The notes beneath the pieces were generated by a model, which searched no databases, had not been told where the DNA came from, and worked only from the letters and a program-made list of their open reading frames with translations. Positions 25,366-37,739 of a stretch of DNA of 64,000 bases are shown piece after piece (the first letter of the stretch is position 1; the number at the start of each line of letters is the position of its first letter). The translations under genes and the position numbers were made by a program. Source of the stretch: Mobula birostris (lineage: Eukaryota); contig NC_092376.1 in the NCBI RefSeq assembly GCF_030028105.1, positions 60,188,935 to 60,252,934 on the forward strand, given 5' to 3'.

Positions 25366-26206
25366 ATAACCTGCCTTATTTCCATAAGACATAGGAGCAG
25401 AATTGGGCCATTTGGCCCATTGAGTCTGCTCCACCATTCAATCATGGCTGATCTTTTTTCCTCCCCCCCCCCCACCTCCTCAGCCCCACTCCCCATAACC
25501 TTTGATGCCATGTCCAATCAAAAACCTATCAACCTCTGCCTTAAATATGACATGGCCTCCACAGCCGCCCGTGGTAACAAATTTCGAAGTACATTGAAAA
25601 GGCAGTACTTAGTTTTTTCATGAAAGATATGATGTAATAATGCAAAGTATATACAATCCAACAAAGGTGAAATTGAACAATATCCCCTTGTACATCCAAG
25701 ACCTGACTTCTATCAGACACATCTTCCAATATTCAGAGATATATGCAAATCAAAGATTTCCCAACACAGGATATCACCTATTTTCCTGGATACTCAGTAT
25801 ACAAATTATATCTTGTATTTGATTTTGTGTAACTAATCAATTTTTACCCAAGGGTATGTTGATAATTTTTTTTAAATTCAAAATAACTGTTTCTGCAAAT
25901 CATCAACCATCCTAGTTTCATTTGGTGTATTTAGCTAAATCATTTGGGCAACCTGACACATCAAGTGCATAAAGGAGAAATTAGTGAGGTTTTAAATGAT
26001 AAATGGAGGAAAGAATAGCAAAGAAGAGGGGAGAAAATAAAAATAACCATGAGCAATCTGATAACCACCAAATTGGTGATTGAGACAATTTGGTCAATTT
26101 ATCACAAAACTGTCTCTTTAAATCAAAAGTACTAAAAATGGTGAGATTTTATTTTATTTTAAGCTAACAAATAATTTTAAAGATAATTTTCATGTTTTGT
26201 CTCCAG

Positions 26207-26302
26207 GGCCGATTTTCCATTGGTTACTGTGATTTTGACCTGAGACACTGTCATGAAACTACAGTCGACATTTTCCATATCAAGCATACAAAGAATTCAT
26301 AA
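26207..26302 (+). CDS. MITD1: MITD1 last coding exon
   Basis: ctccag|[31 protein letters not shown]. The spliced CDS totals 741 nt (246 aa plus stop). AATAAA at 26442-26447. Confidence 0.93.
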   Translation, partial: GRFSIGYCDFDLRHCHETTVDIFHIKHTKNS

Positions 26303-27198
26303 TTAGGAGAAACGACTATTCTGATGATTTTATTACTGTTATGGTTGAAAGTTATGTTTAAAAGATTTAAATATTTTGTAATTATTAAGTTACTATCACT
26401 TGAATACTTGGCACACTGAAGAAGTGATTTCTTATCATGACAATAAACTGAAGATACTGAATATAACAATTTTTCTGTTTTTGCTTTGAACATTTAATAG
26501 TTTAGTTTACACGTGATAACAGTTTTGTCTTACAGCTCCATGTTAATGTTTGGCTACTATACACACATACTTTGTGCACAAGCAGTACTGTAAGGAATGA
26601 ACAATTTTAATAAGATTGATTACAACAATGCTGGAAATTGATCACATGCTGTTCCAAAAGCATTAATTTCATTTGCTATACATTCTCAGGTCAGCTTTAC
26701 ACAACGTGTACAATACAAAAATATTAAATGCATATTCATATTTAATCTGCATACATGCAGCAATTTAACAAAGGTGGTAACAATGACCACAGATCATAGT
26801 TAAAGAAAAACGGCAGGTCTTCAGAAGACTCTCAATTGGCCTGTATTTTCCTTGCTCAACTAAGACTTTGTTTTGATAGTTTAATTTTTCATGTCTCCAT
26901 TTCTAATAGTAACAAACAAACACCATTATATTTATTTTAAAATTTTCATTGAGAAAGAAGAGCATGAAAGAAAATAATGTTATTGTGGATTCTTTTGACT
27001 CTCAAAAGTCAGTTTGATACTTGCGTCATTACCATTAGCTATCAAAAACATCTTTAACCACAGAGGATTGGTTCATACCTCAATGTAGATGTGCAAATAT
27101 AAAGGTAAATCATTTAAAATACGCTGAGGAAATAAATTTCCATGATTTTGCAAGTGGCCATTAATTTGCAGCTTGTATATACACAAGCATTGATCTAG

Positions 27199-27718
27199 CA
27201 GGGGTGGTGAACCTATGGCACTCGTGCCCATGAGGGCACGTGCAAAGATTTTGTTGAAACGCAATAAGCAGTGGCACCTCTCGATTTTTTTTAAACCCTG
27301 CCCACAATAATAAAAACTACATACAATTTTTCTTTACTACCAAATGAGGCAGTGAATGCTTTTTTTTACTACCGCAGTGTAGTGCGACGTTTTCACAGGA
27401 AACATCTCACCAGCTTGGCGCCAGCTAAGCAGTTGTGAGAACATATGACATTGGATGATACGTTTTGAAATTCTCACAGACCTAGTGTAGACATTTGTGC
27501 TTGGATAGTAAATAGTTACAGTAACAATACTACTTTGAAATGTTACTTCGCAATTGCCTTTTTAAAAGACTAACAATTTTTGAACAGGTTTTCTAAAATG
27601 GTTCATTTATTTCAATCTGTCTCTGTTATACTTTTATTAATACTAAAACATTGAATACACATAAATAAACAACAGGACTCAATTTGAGCACATGATCTCA
27701 AAAGGTTCACCACCCCGG
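27199..27718. mobile_element. Non-autonomous hAT (Charlie-type) MITE
   Basis: TIRs CAGGGGTGGTGAACCT / AGGTTCACCACCCCGG. Both flanks contain TCTAG, matching the Charlie NTCTAGAN target preference, though the TSD is imperfect. Confidence 0.8.
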
Positions 27719-30395
27719 CTCTAGAGAATAGTTTTAACAACTGTTGAAAATTTTTAAAGAATTGTTTTTTTAAATGTAAAATGCTAGAATGTCACGCAAT
27801 CTTTCAGGCACTGGTTAAATTTTAAGTTTGATTCAAAAATGCCACAGCTTTAGCAATGCTTAAGTTATTCTACTTGAAGCAAAAAGTACTGCAACAGTTA
27901 GGAGCAGCTCACCAGAACTTCAAATTCTCAGCAGCATTCCCATAACAAGAAGTCCTTTTAACCATATTATTGAAGCTAGATATACAGTAGTAGATATTGG
28001 ACAGAATATGCAAAAGCAATTGTCACCAAACAAGAAACAAATTCTCCATGCAGGGAAACCTCTGAAACACTTCCACTGATGGAGGAAAAGCAGACAGCCT
28101 AATGTAGGCCCACTCCACGGCACAACAATGAAGATCAGCCCATCTATACAGAGCAATTCATAACATGTCAACTGCATCTTCAATTTTAATCAGGCCCATT
28201 AAATGAGTTGGACTACCACTGAAGGCTTCAAGTAAATTACATCTGATGTATTATTTTACTTCTTTAGTTTGCCGCAAGAACTTCCTCATAAGGAACATTT
28301 GCCTATGTCTTTCACAAGCATACTTTTTAAATCGAGCAATTATAACATGTGCACGATACGTTGAACCGATTTTCAACCTTAAGACTTTAATATTTCTTAA
28401 TTGATAATCTTACTTTTTTGGAACACTTAAATATGAAATAATATACTTATGTTATACATATTACAGTATTAATTCCCAATTTCTTCATTTTCATAATAAT
28501 TGAAAATATCTGAGCCTTTCCAAATATTAGGATCGTAAATAGAGCTTGGAAACAGTTCTTTCAATTCACTGAGTGCACACTGACTGTAAACACCCTTGGA
28601 ACACTAATGCTACATTGTTCATTTTTCCTTCTCATCAATTTCCCTAAAGTTCTACCACTCTCCTATACAGTACACAAGGGGTAGCCTGGGGAAGCCCACC
28701 CCATCACAGGGGGATGTGCAAACTTCACACAGAGAACACCAGATGTCACTGGAACTAGGAGGCAGTAGCTCTACCATCGACACCTCAGTGATGTCCTCAT
28801 TAAAAGTTAATTATATCTGTCATATTGCCCTAATTTTTTTCAGTTTGCTGAAAGAGTTCCTACATAAGCAACATTTATATACATACACACACCTGTTCTT
28901 TATGGGTTTAGTTCCAAGTGTACAAATACACACACTTCATGCAAAAGTTCACACAATAATCTAATTTTATCTGGTTTTATTAGATTAACTGACAGTATCT
29001 TTTTGCCCATTCTTGTCTGACTGCTGTCCTTTCCGTTCCTACTGTACATCTCTGCCATCCTTGCCAGCTTATGATCTCTTCCCTGTTGTTTGATGACTTG
29101 TTCACCTTCTGGGGGGAAAAAAACTTTCAACTTCTCTCTTTGTAGTTTTAGACATTACTTCTGTAACTCAAGTTAGCTTTGCAATATAGTTTAGCCTTTC
29201 TTCATTAAATCTGGCTTGATCACATTAATTTCTTTCCCACAGTATTTCAGAATTGCATTCTACAACAAACCTTTCCATCTCAAAGAACAAATGGATGACC
29301 ACAACTTCAATAATGCACCGCTGCTTTTGCCATCATTTGCTCCAATTAGCTCCACACTTATTCTGCAGTACCTCTTCCACATTTTTAACTCCACTCATTC
29401 AAAGGCAATTTTCAATACTTTTGTGACTCCTCAAAGTAATTTACAATTTTTCAGGCCACCTCACTAACATTCTTAATGATCTTCTTTGCTGAAGCACCAT
29501 GCCTATTCCTTTCAAAACTTCTATTTTCAACCTCTAGCTTAAAAAAAACTTATCTGTCTCTACTTATTTTTCCAGGAAAATTGTATTTTGCCCTTTCATA
29601 AACCGGTACTAAAGTTTGTTGCCATTGTTAATGAAAGTTATTTCCAACTTATGATCAGAAATAATAATTAGTTTCATTGCATTTTCTCAAGCAGGATCTC
29701 AACCCTTATTTTCAGGAACTCTCAACTGCTACTTCTATGTTCTTATTACAAGTCCAGTATCCACCTAAATCTGCATAGACCATATTTCTTGTAGCAGTTA
29801 CTACAACTTATCAGGAATGTCTTATCACATAATATTTTGTAGTTATAAAATTATTTTATAAAATATATCATGATACTAGAATCAAGTATTCAATCAGTAA
29901 ATATCTGGTAAGTTATCCTATTTCTATTTTCCTTGATATCTGTACAATATCGGAATCATGGATGTTAAGAAATATATTCATTTATTCATCATAAATTGTG
30001 AAAACTACTTTATAAAAAATCTTGTGATTTTTTTTGCAACCCTTCAGCTAAAGCATGATACATAGGCCAAAATGATGGGTGATATTTCTTTTATAAGTTA
30101 AACAATTGCAGTGTTATTAGAAGTATTTTTTCAAAGCTATACATTTCATTTCAAAATTATTTGTACAACACCTCAGTAATTGTAAAAGCTGGGTAAAAAT
30201 AAATTGTTGGACTTCGCCAATATCATCACAAAATAAACTATCACATAGATTACATTGGTAAGCTCTTATTACTCAGGTTTAGTAAATGCAGCAATTTAAC
30301 TTAAAGTGCCATATAGTTTAGGAGGAAAATAATTTAAGGCTTTTACTGTTATACAGTAATACAAGTACAATTATTAATACTTTAGGAGAAGTTTT

Positions 30396-31178
30396 CTATT
30401 TATATCGGACTAGACGAAGAACCTTGTAATTCATGAAGTCAGAGGAATCTGGCTGTAGTGAATCTACATGGAATCCATCACTCATTGCTGTTTTTAGCAC
30501 TTCCTCCACAAACAACTGAAAATTATTAACTTGCTCATTTGTAGGCACAATCCAAAGTCTTTTTAAATGTTGCCTTGTGTATTCATCTTCAGGCAGCACT
30601 GCCACATGTCCAACCCACTGTAATGTCAAATGATGTGGATCCTTTATCTCATAGCCAATTGGTAAAAGTTTACCATTAACAAAGTAACAAAACTTGGAGC
30701 TCAAATACTTCAAGAATTCGGCTGATGTGCAAAATATGTTGGCATCAAAGACTTCTGTACTACACGAGGTTAGGTTGTACATTTGTGGGGCTGGTTTAAC
30801 AGTGAAGTACACAGTCTGTAGTCTCTGGTCCAGAGTAATGTTGAGCATTGCATTCCTTTCTGCCTTGGCAATTTCAGATTCTCTCTCCTGTAAAGCCTCG
30901 ATTAAAGGCTGGATCTGGTAAAAATCAGCTTCTCTCTTCAAAAGTCTAACTTCTTGAAAATCATCTGGGAGGTCGAGGTTTGATGTGCGCAAAAAGTTTA
31001 GAATATATCGAAATATTTTCCCATCTCTGTCAATGAAGTAATTACCGTGCTGATCACTAGTTGAGGGCATTTTCCCACTGAACATCACACCCAGCATTGA
31101 GTCTGGGTATCGCGTTAAAGTTGCCAGAGAACTGGTATACAATTTTCCTCCTACATTTAATGTTATAGGCTCAGACAT
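30396..31178 (-). CDS. KCTD21: BTB/POZ domain-containing protein KCTD21 (single coding exon, 260 aa)
   Basis: [21 protein letters not shown]...[17 protein letters not shown] is the BTB/T1 domain. The C-terminus is KCTD21-specific ([33 protein letters not shown]). A polypyrimidine tract and AG acceptor lie at 31214-31215. Confidence 0.93.
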   Translation of the reverse strand: MSEPITLNVGGKLYTSSLATLTRYPDSMLGVMFSGKMPSTSDQHGNYFIDRDGKIFRYILNFLRTSNLDLPDDFQEVRLLKREADFYQIQPLIEALQERESEIAKAERNAMLNITLDQRLQTVYFTVKPAPQMYNLTSCSTEVFDANIFCTSAEFLKYLSSKFCYFVNGKLLPIGYEIKDPHHLTLQWVGHVAVLPEDEYTRQHLKRLWIVPTNEQVNNFQLFVEEVLKTAMSDGFHVDSLQPDSSDFMNYKVLRLVRYK

Positions 31179-32374
31179 ATTGAATTGATACTGTAATCTT
31201 AATTTCCTATAATCTGTGTCATAGAAGGAGACAAAAAGAGAGAAAGATTTTATGAAACAGTACTTAATGCAAAGAACAAAAACACTCCGCACCACACATA
31301 AAGTACTGTTTCTAGCCTCCATACTTTTGTTTCTTTATGTGAATGCACTGGTACTACATACTCTTTGTTTCTTTATTTCATTAGCAACCACACATAGAAT
31401 GATTTATTTCCAATATAGCTGGAAGGATAAGAGATTGGTTTTGTTGCAGATACCATCTTATGTGGCTGATAATGTTGAACACCTCTTCTAATTTTGTAGA
31501 GTATTATTACATTATGAAATGATTAACTGAAGGAGGAAATTTGGAAAAGGGGAATGCAAGTTTCAATATTGGTAAAGAGGGAATACATATTGCTGAGAAG
31601 ATTGATGTAACTAAGGAAAGGTGCAGATTCAATGTGGAATTAAAGTTACCTTTATATATTATCAGATTGTGGGAAGGAAATAAGAGAGGAACTCTGTGGT
31701 CGGATTACATACAAAGGAATTACTACAAAGACAAGTGATTGCAGATGCTGGAATATGGAGCAAAATAATATCCATTGTAATAACTCAGCAGAATGAGCAA
31801 CATTCTTCGAAGTAAAGGTTGCATGTAGAGTCTCAACCTGAGATGTTAATCAAACTTATTATAGTCAGTTTTAATTATTGATTTGACCATTGATACAAAA
31901 TTTAAATTGAGAAAAAGGAGAAAGAGGAATAGAATTTCAAAAGATGCAAAAGGATCCTACTTTAAGCCAATAAGGTGGCAGGGATGGATCACATTTTGAA
32001 TTAATAAAAAGATGAGGCTAAATATGAAACGAGGAAAATCATTCTCCAAATCATGGTCACTACTTGATCAAAGTCAAAACAGACCAGTTCACAATACTTT
32101 TTAAATAGGTGAGCAGCTGACTAAGGCATAGTGAAAAGAGAAATTGTCACTAAGTACTGACAATTCTTGTCAATAAAACATCAAGAAGTAATAAAACAAA
32201 CTGATGAAAGTAGAGTGGTGGATTTAGTGTGTATCGATCTTAGTAAGGCACAGGGATAGAAGAAAAAAAGCATTATGGGCTATATAGGAGGGAAGGTTAA
32301 ATTGATCATGGAGTAGGTTAAAAAGTCAGCACAACATCATGGACCACAGGGCCTGTACTGTTCCATGTTCTCTA

Positions 32375-33770
32375 ATATAAGCAAAATCTTGATAAACCCC
32401 TTCTGCACACTCACAAAGTCTACACAGCTTTCATATATGTTGCAACCACACACTTTTTAATTGTGGCTTCAAAATGTTACTCAACTGCAACTCGACTTAC
32501 CAAGTTTTATATTCAATACCCTGACTGGTGCAAGCAAGTATTCCACTCACCTTTATCACCCACATACTATTGTTGCCACTTTCAGGGAACTATATGGACT
32601 GCATCACAACATCCCTTCTAGGGGTCCTGCCACATACAATGCTGTTACATCTGATCTCCCAATGTGCATTACCTCATATGTCTATGTTAAATTCCATCTG
32701 CCATTTTCCTGCCAACATTTCCAACTGGTGCCAAATCCTTTGGCAAGCTTCCTCACTATCCACAGTTCCATCAATTTCCGTGTCATCTGCAAGCTCACTA
32801 CTCAGACCACTTACATATTTGTCCAGATAACTTACACACTTCACAAGTATCAAAAGTCCAAACACACCTCACTGTCATGTACTCTCTGCCATGATGCTTT
32901 GTCTTCTATGAAGAAGCCAACATTGAATCTAATCTACCAAGTTTCCATGAATCCCACATGGCTTAACCTTCTGGATCACCTTACCACATTGGAAACTATA
33001 CTGAAGTCCATGCATATAATATCCACCACCCTGGTTCATCATTCATCTTCGTCACCTCCCAAAAATTCAATCTAGTTTGTAAGATGTGACATCTCCATGA
33101 TGACTATCCCCAATAAGTCTATGCTTCTGCAAATGTGAGTAGATTCTGTCCCTAAGAATCTTCTCCAATAATTCCCCAACCATTGATGCAAACCCCTCCA
33201 GTATAAATTTCCTGGTTTGTCTCTAGTGCCTTAAATAAAGGAAGAAAATTTAGCTATTCGATTGAGACCTCATCTGTGACTAAAGACCCAAAGATCTCCA
33301 TTAAGGCCCAGCAATCTCCTCATTGCTTCAATAATCTGGGATAGATTCCATCAGCCCCCCCCCCACCCCGAGGACTTACACCATATATGTTCTTCAGGAG
33401 CCCCCAATAACTGCTTGTCATCCTCCTCCTCCTCGATATCAACCTGCCCGAGAATATCAGTATATCCATCCCCTATCTCATTCTCCTCCATGTCCTTCCT
33501 CTTAGGAATACTGATGCAGAGAACTCATTTAGTAACTAGCCCACTTCCTTTCTTTAGTTACCCTCCTGTTTTTAATGTATCTATAAAATGGCTTAAGATT
33601 CTATTTAATCCAACCTGCCATATACATTTCATGGTCCCTTTCAGAATTCCCGATTCCCTGTTTAATTTCTATTGTTTTTCCTTTATGTTCATCCAAGGAA
33701 CCCTCTGGTTTCAGCTTTCTAAATCTTACACATGCTTCTTTCCTCTTCTTGACTAAATTTACAACATCTC
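32375..33770 (-). mobile_element. Degenerate CR1 LINE fragments
   Basis: ORF 32674..32865 (SELADDTEIDGTVDSEEACQ...WQMEFN) is a CR1 RT remnant. Confidence 0.7.
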
Positions 33771-34695
33771 TTTACAACAAAGGATTATGATTTATTATTT
33801 ATATTATTCTGGAATTATATCTGGGAAGTACACATTTTAGACTGAAGAAAGCAAAGAAAAATAAGGCTACATGCTTCAAAAAAAGGTTCAAGATAAACCT
33901 AAAATCAACTGTATTTCACAGTTCAATTTATTTTTCTGCCTGCTTTGAAATTGAGATATCTAAAGTCACTTCATGAAATGCAAACTTTCTTTTACAGACC
34001 TCTTCATTTAAAAAAATAACCATTTCTCATGTTCAATAAATTACAAGTGGTACCATACCATCTTAATAAGAGAAAAAAACAGCAGTTATCAATATTCAAC
34101 GGAGTCAAAATGTGGTCTCGAGGCTGTATATCTGTCGCAACAAGGTTAAAACAAAAAAAACACTCACATCTTCTGTGACAACTGTTAATATATTTAATGC
34201 ATTCATATATGTTCTTCTTAAAGGAGGCTTTGATAAGCGGTACTCTAACTTCAAACGTCTATCAAATTCTTCGAGCAGACATTCCATAAAGTAGCAGGTT
34301 AACACAAAGCAGAAATTTTATTTCCAAAGTTTATTCTGCTGGTCAATGTCATTTCTGCATTTCAGCGGCTAAATATTCAACTAGGTAAACAAATACATGT
34401 CAAAACTTAACTTTAACGGAGCATATACTTTCCTCCCAGTGCGCTCTGAATCTGTTTTCGTATCCACTACTTTAATCGTGAAAGCATGATTTGCGCCGAC
34501 AGCGGATTTGTTATGTAAAAAAAACCCTTTCCGATTGAAACGTACTTAATGCAGAAGATTACGACACTATTCGAAAATGCACTTTTTACTGCAACCATGT
34601 CCTGAATCACTGTTTCCGCAAGCACAACATCGCCAAACACTGCGAAGATGAGTGCACCTGCGATTCACACAACCCTACATCGTGCAGTGCATGGC

Positions 34696-34870
34696 ACTCA
34701 CCTTGCTTCAACCCAACTTCGTGACGAACCCGTGGTGGAAGCTGGTAGCGCATCGACGTCCGGACTTTGTAGTTTCATGTCCGTGTGTTTACATGACTTT
34801 CCCTAATCTTGATCCAATAATGAACCACAACTCCCAGATTGCAAAGCAGCACACATGCGCATTACCATGT
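34696..34870 (-). promoter_or_regulatory. Probable KCTD21 promoter and non-coding exon 1 (donor at 34701)
   Basis: Local CpG enrichment; minus-strand donor AAG|GTGAGT; ACTACAAAGTCC (-, 34762-73); AACCACAACTCCCAGATTGCA (+, 34823-43), which resembles the ZNF143/THAP11 motif; CCAAT at 34814. Confidence 0.6.
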
Positions 34871-35696
34871 GGATGGCTGTAATCAGCATTTAGCCTAATG
34901 CAGTTCTTTCGTTTTCTATGCTGGGTTAATGAAACTCAACAGGCTTGTATTGCTGGATTCATGAAGCAATACTTAAGTCACCCCCTCCCCAAACAAAATG
35001 TCTAAAAGTTCTGCTGAACATTCTAAAATGTTAGAATATTCAGCAGCAGTATTAAAAGAGAAAAGCTGAGTCAATATTTCAAATTAATGAAATAATTCTG
35101 AACTATAATTTATTATTCTTTCATCAAAACTAATCAAAATGAAATCATGATATTTTATGTTTAATATTTAAATCCATTACAGTGTTTAAGAGTTGGACAT
35201 GGAATTGGAATTGCTGGTTATTTAAAAGCCAAGGGATCCAAGGAAGTGTGAGAAACTCGATACAACATTGGCTCAGTGTTAGGAAGAAAAGGAAATAGTT
35301 AACATGTTTTTTGTAACTAGAAGTTAAGTTACAAGTTGAGTTACGTGGGGCTCAATTGGAGACGTGAATGAGACGAAGATAACTATGAGGAAACTTCAAG
35401 ACTGAAGGAAAATATGGATTGTCAGTTGTGTAGAAAAGTGGCAAATGCAGAAGTATGCAGTTATGTCTTTGGGAGATTTATGACATGGAGTGAAACTTCT
35501 AACCCATTGGTATTTTGATGTTGTTGGTATCCTTGGGTTCCAGGCCATGAAGATTATAGGTTTGGAATGGATTGTTGAAGAAGACTTTGTATACTCAATC
35601 TAGTGCATTTGATGGCTGGTGTTGAGTGAAACAAATGCTTAGGGTTCAAAGTAAATTTATTATTAAAGTATCCACATGATACCTTGAGATTCATTT

Positions 35697-37340
35697 CAGC
35701 TTGAGGTGTGGCAGGGCTTGAATGCTAACACCTCTTATAAATTTAAATCATGCAACATAAGCGACAGCAGGGCTTTGCTTCCAGAAGGACTCAATGCCTT
35801 CTATGCTCGCTTTGACTGTCAAAACAAGGCGGAACATTCATGAACTCCAACAGCCCCTGATGATCCTGTGATTTCAGTATCTGAGGCGAACTTGTGAGCA
35901 GCCTCATGAGCGTGAAGCCACAAAAAGCATCTGGCCCAGACAGGGTACCTGGCCAAGTACTAAAGACATGTGCTGATCAACTGGCTGGGGTGTTCACTGA
36001 GATCTTTTACCTCTCACTTTGGCAGTCTTTACCCACCTGCTTCAAGCGGGATTCAATTATACTTCAACTATGCCCAAGAAGAACATGGCGACCTGCCCCA
36101 ATGACTATCATCCAGTAGCACTTACATTCACAGTGATGAAGTGCTTTGAGAGGATGGTGATGAAACATGTCAACTCCTGCCTAAGAAGTGACTTGGATCC
36201 ACTCCAATTTGCCTGCCAGAGCAACAGGTCCACAGCAGATGCCATCTCATTGGCTCTTCTCTCAATCCTGAAACAGCATACGTCAGGATGTTCTGTATCA
36301 ACTGCAGCTCAGCACTCAATACCATCATCTACTCAAAACTAATCAATAAGCTCCAAGACCTTGGCCTCAATACCTCCTTTTGCAGTTGGATTCTGGAACT
36401 CCTCACTTGTAGCCCCTAGTCAATTCAGATTGGCAACAACAGCTACCCAATCTCCACCAGTGCAGGTACACCACAAGGCTGTGAGCTTAGCCTCCTGTTC
36501 TACTCACTTTACACTTCGGACCGTGCGGCTAAGCACTGCTCCAATTCCATATTCAGGTTTGCTGATGACACCACTGTCACAGGCAAAATCGAAGGTGGTG
36601 ATAAAACAACATATAGGAGGGAGATGGAAAATCTGGCTGAGTGGTGCCATAGCAAAAACCCCTTACTCAAAGTCAACAAGACCAAGGAGCTGATTATTGG
36701 TTTCAAAAGAAGGAAACCAGAGGTCCATGTGCCAGTCCTCATTAGACGATCAGAGGTAGAGAGGATCAGCAACTTGAAATTCCTCATTGTTATTTTTTTG
36801 GAGGACTTGGCCTGGGCCCAGCACGTAAGTGCAATTATGAAGAAAGCACACCAACGCCTCCACTTCCTTAGGAGTTTATGTAGATTGGGCATGACATCTA
36901 AAACTTTGAGAACTTCTATGGACGTGTAGTGAAGAGTATATTGACTGGCTGCATCACAGCCTGGTATGGAAACACTAATGCCCATGAATGAAAAACCCTA
37001 TAAAAACCTAGTGGATATGAACCACTCCATCATGGCTAGCCCTCTCAACTATTGAGCACATCTGTGTGCAATGCTGTTGTAGGAGAGCAACATTCATCAT
37101 CAGGACGTGCTCTCTTCTCATTGTTGTCATCAGGAAGAAAGTGCAGGAACCTCAGGACTCAAACCACCATGTTCGGGAACAGTTATTACCCCTCAGCCAT
37201 CAGGCCCTTGAACTAAAGGGGATAACTTCTGTTACGGTTATTATTTTATGGGTTTATTGAGTATGCTCATAATAAAATTAATCTCAGGGTTGTATATGAT
37301 GACATACATATATTTTGATAATAAATTTACTGTGAACTTT
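35697..37340 (+). mobile_element. Rex1/Babar-like LINE, degenerate ORF2 and 3' end
   Basis: KASGPDRVPGQVLKTCADQLAGVF, NDYHPVALTFTVMKCFER, LDPLQFA, LKVNKTKELI, and a 3' tail AATAAATTTACT(TTGAAC)n. Confidence 0.8.
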
Positions 37341-37739
37341 GAACTTTTTGCAGGCATTTACAGAAAAAGAAATGTAATAGAATGTTACAGAAATCCATAC
37401 ATACACAAGGACTGACAAATAACCAATTGTGCAAATAAAGAAAATATTGAAAACATGAGTTTTAAAGTCCTTGAAAGTCATAGAATCAGTTCAAAGTAGT
37501 GGAGAATGAAGTAATCCATGCTGGTTCAGGAGCCTGATGGTTGTTAGGGTAATACCAAGGTGGTGTGGGGCCTAAGGGTTCTGTACCTGCTGCCCAGTAG
37601 TAGTAATGAGAAGAGGGCAATGCCTAGATTGTAGAGTCTTTGAAAATGGATTCTGCTTTCTTGGGGCAACACACCATGTAAATTTTCTCACTGGTGGAGA
37701 GGGCTTTGCCTAACATATTTTGCGTGCCGCGGTTCCGAG

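Noticed and set aside
31179-31322. 48-aa N-terminal extension of KCTD21 in the 308-aa ORF
   Set aside because: It runs through a polypyrimidine tract and AG acceptor at 31214-31215. The internal ATG at 31178 gives the canonical MS(E/D)PITLNVGG start and 260 aa.
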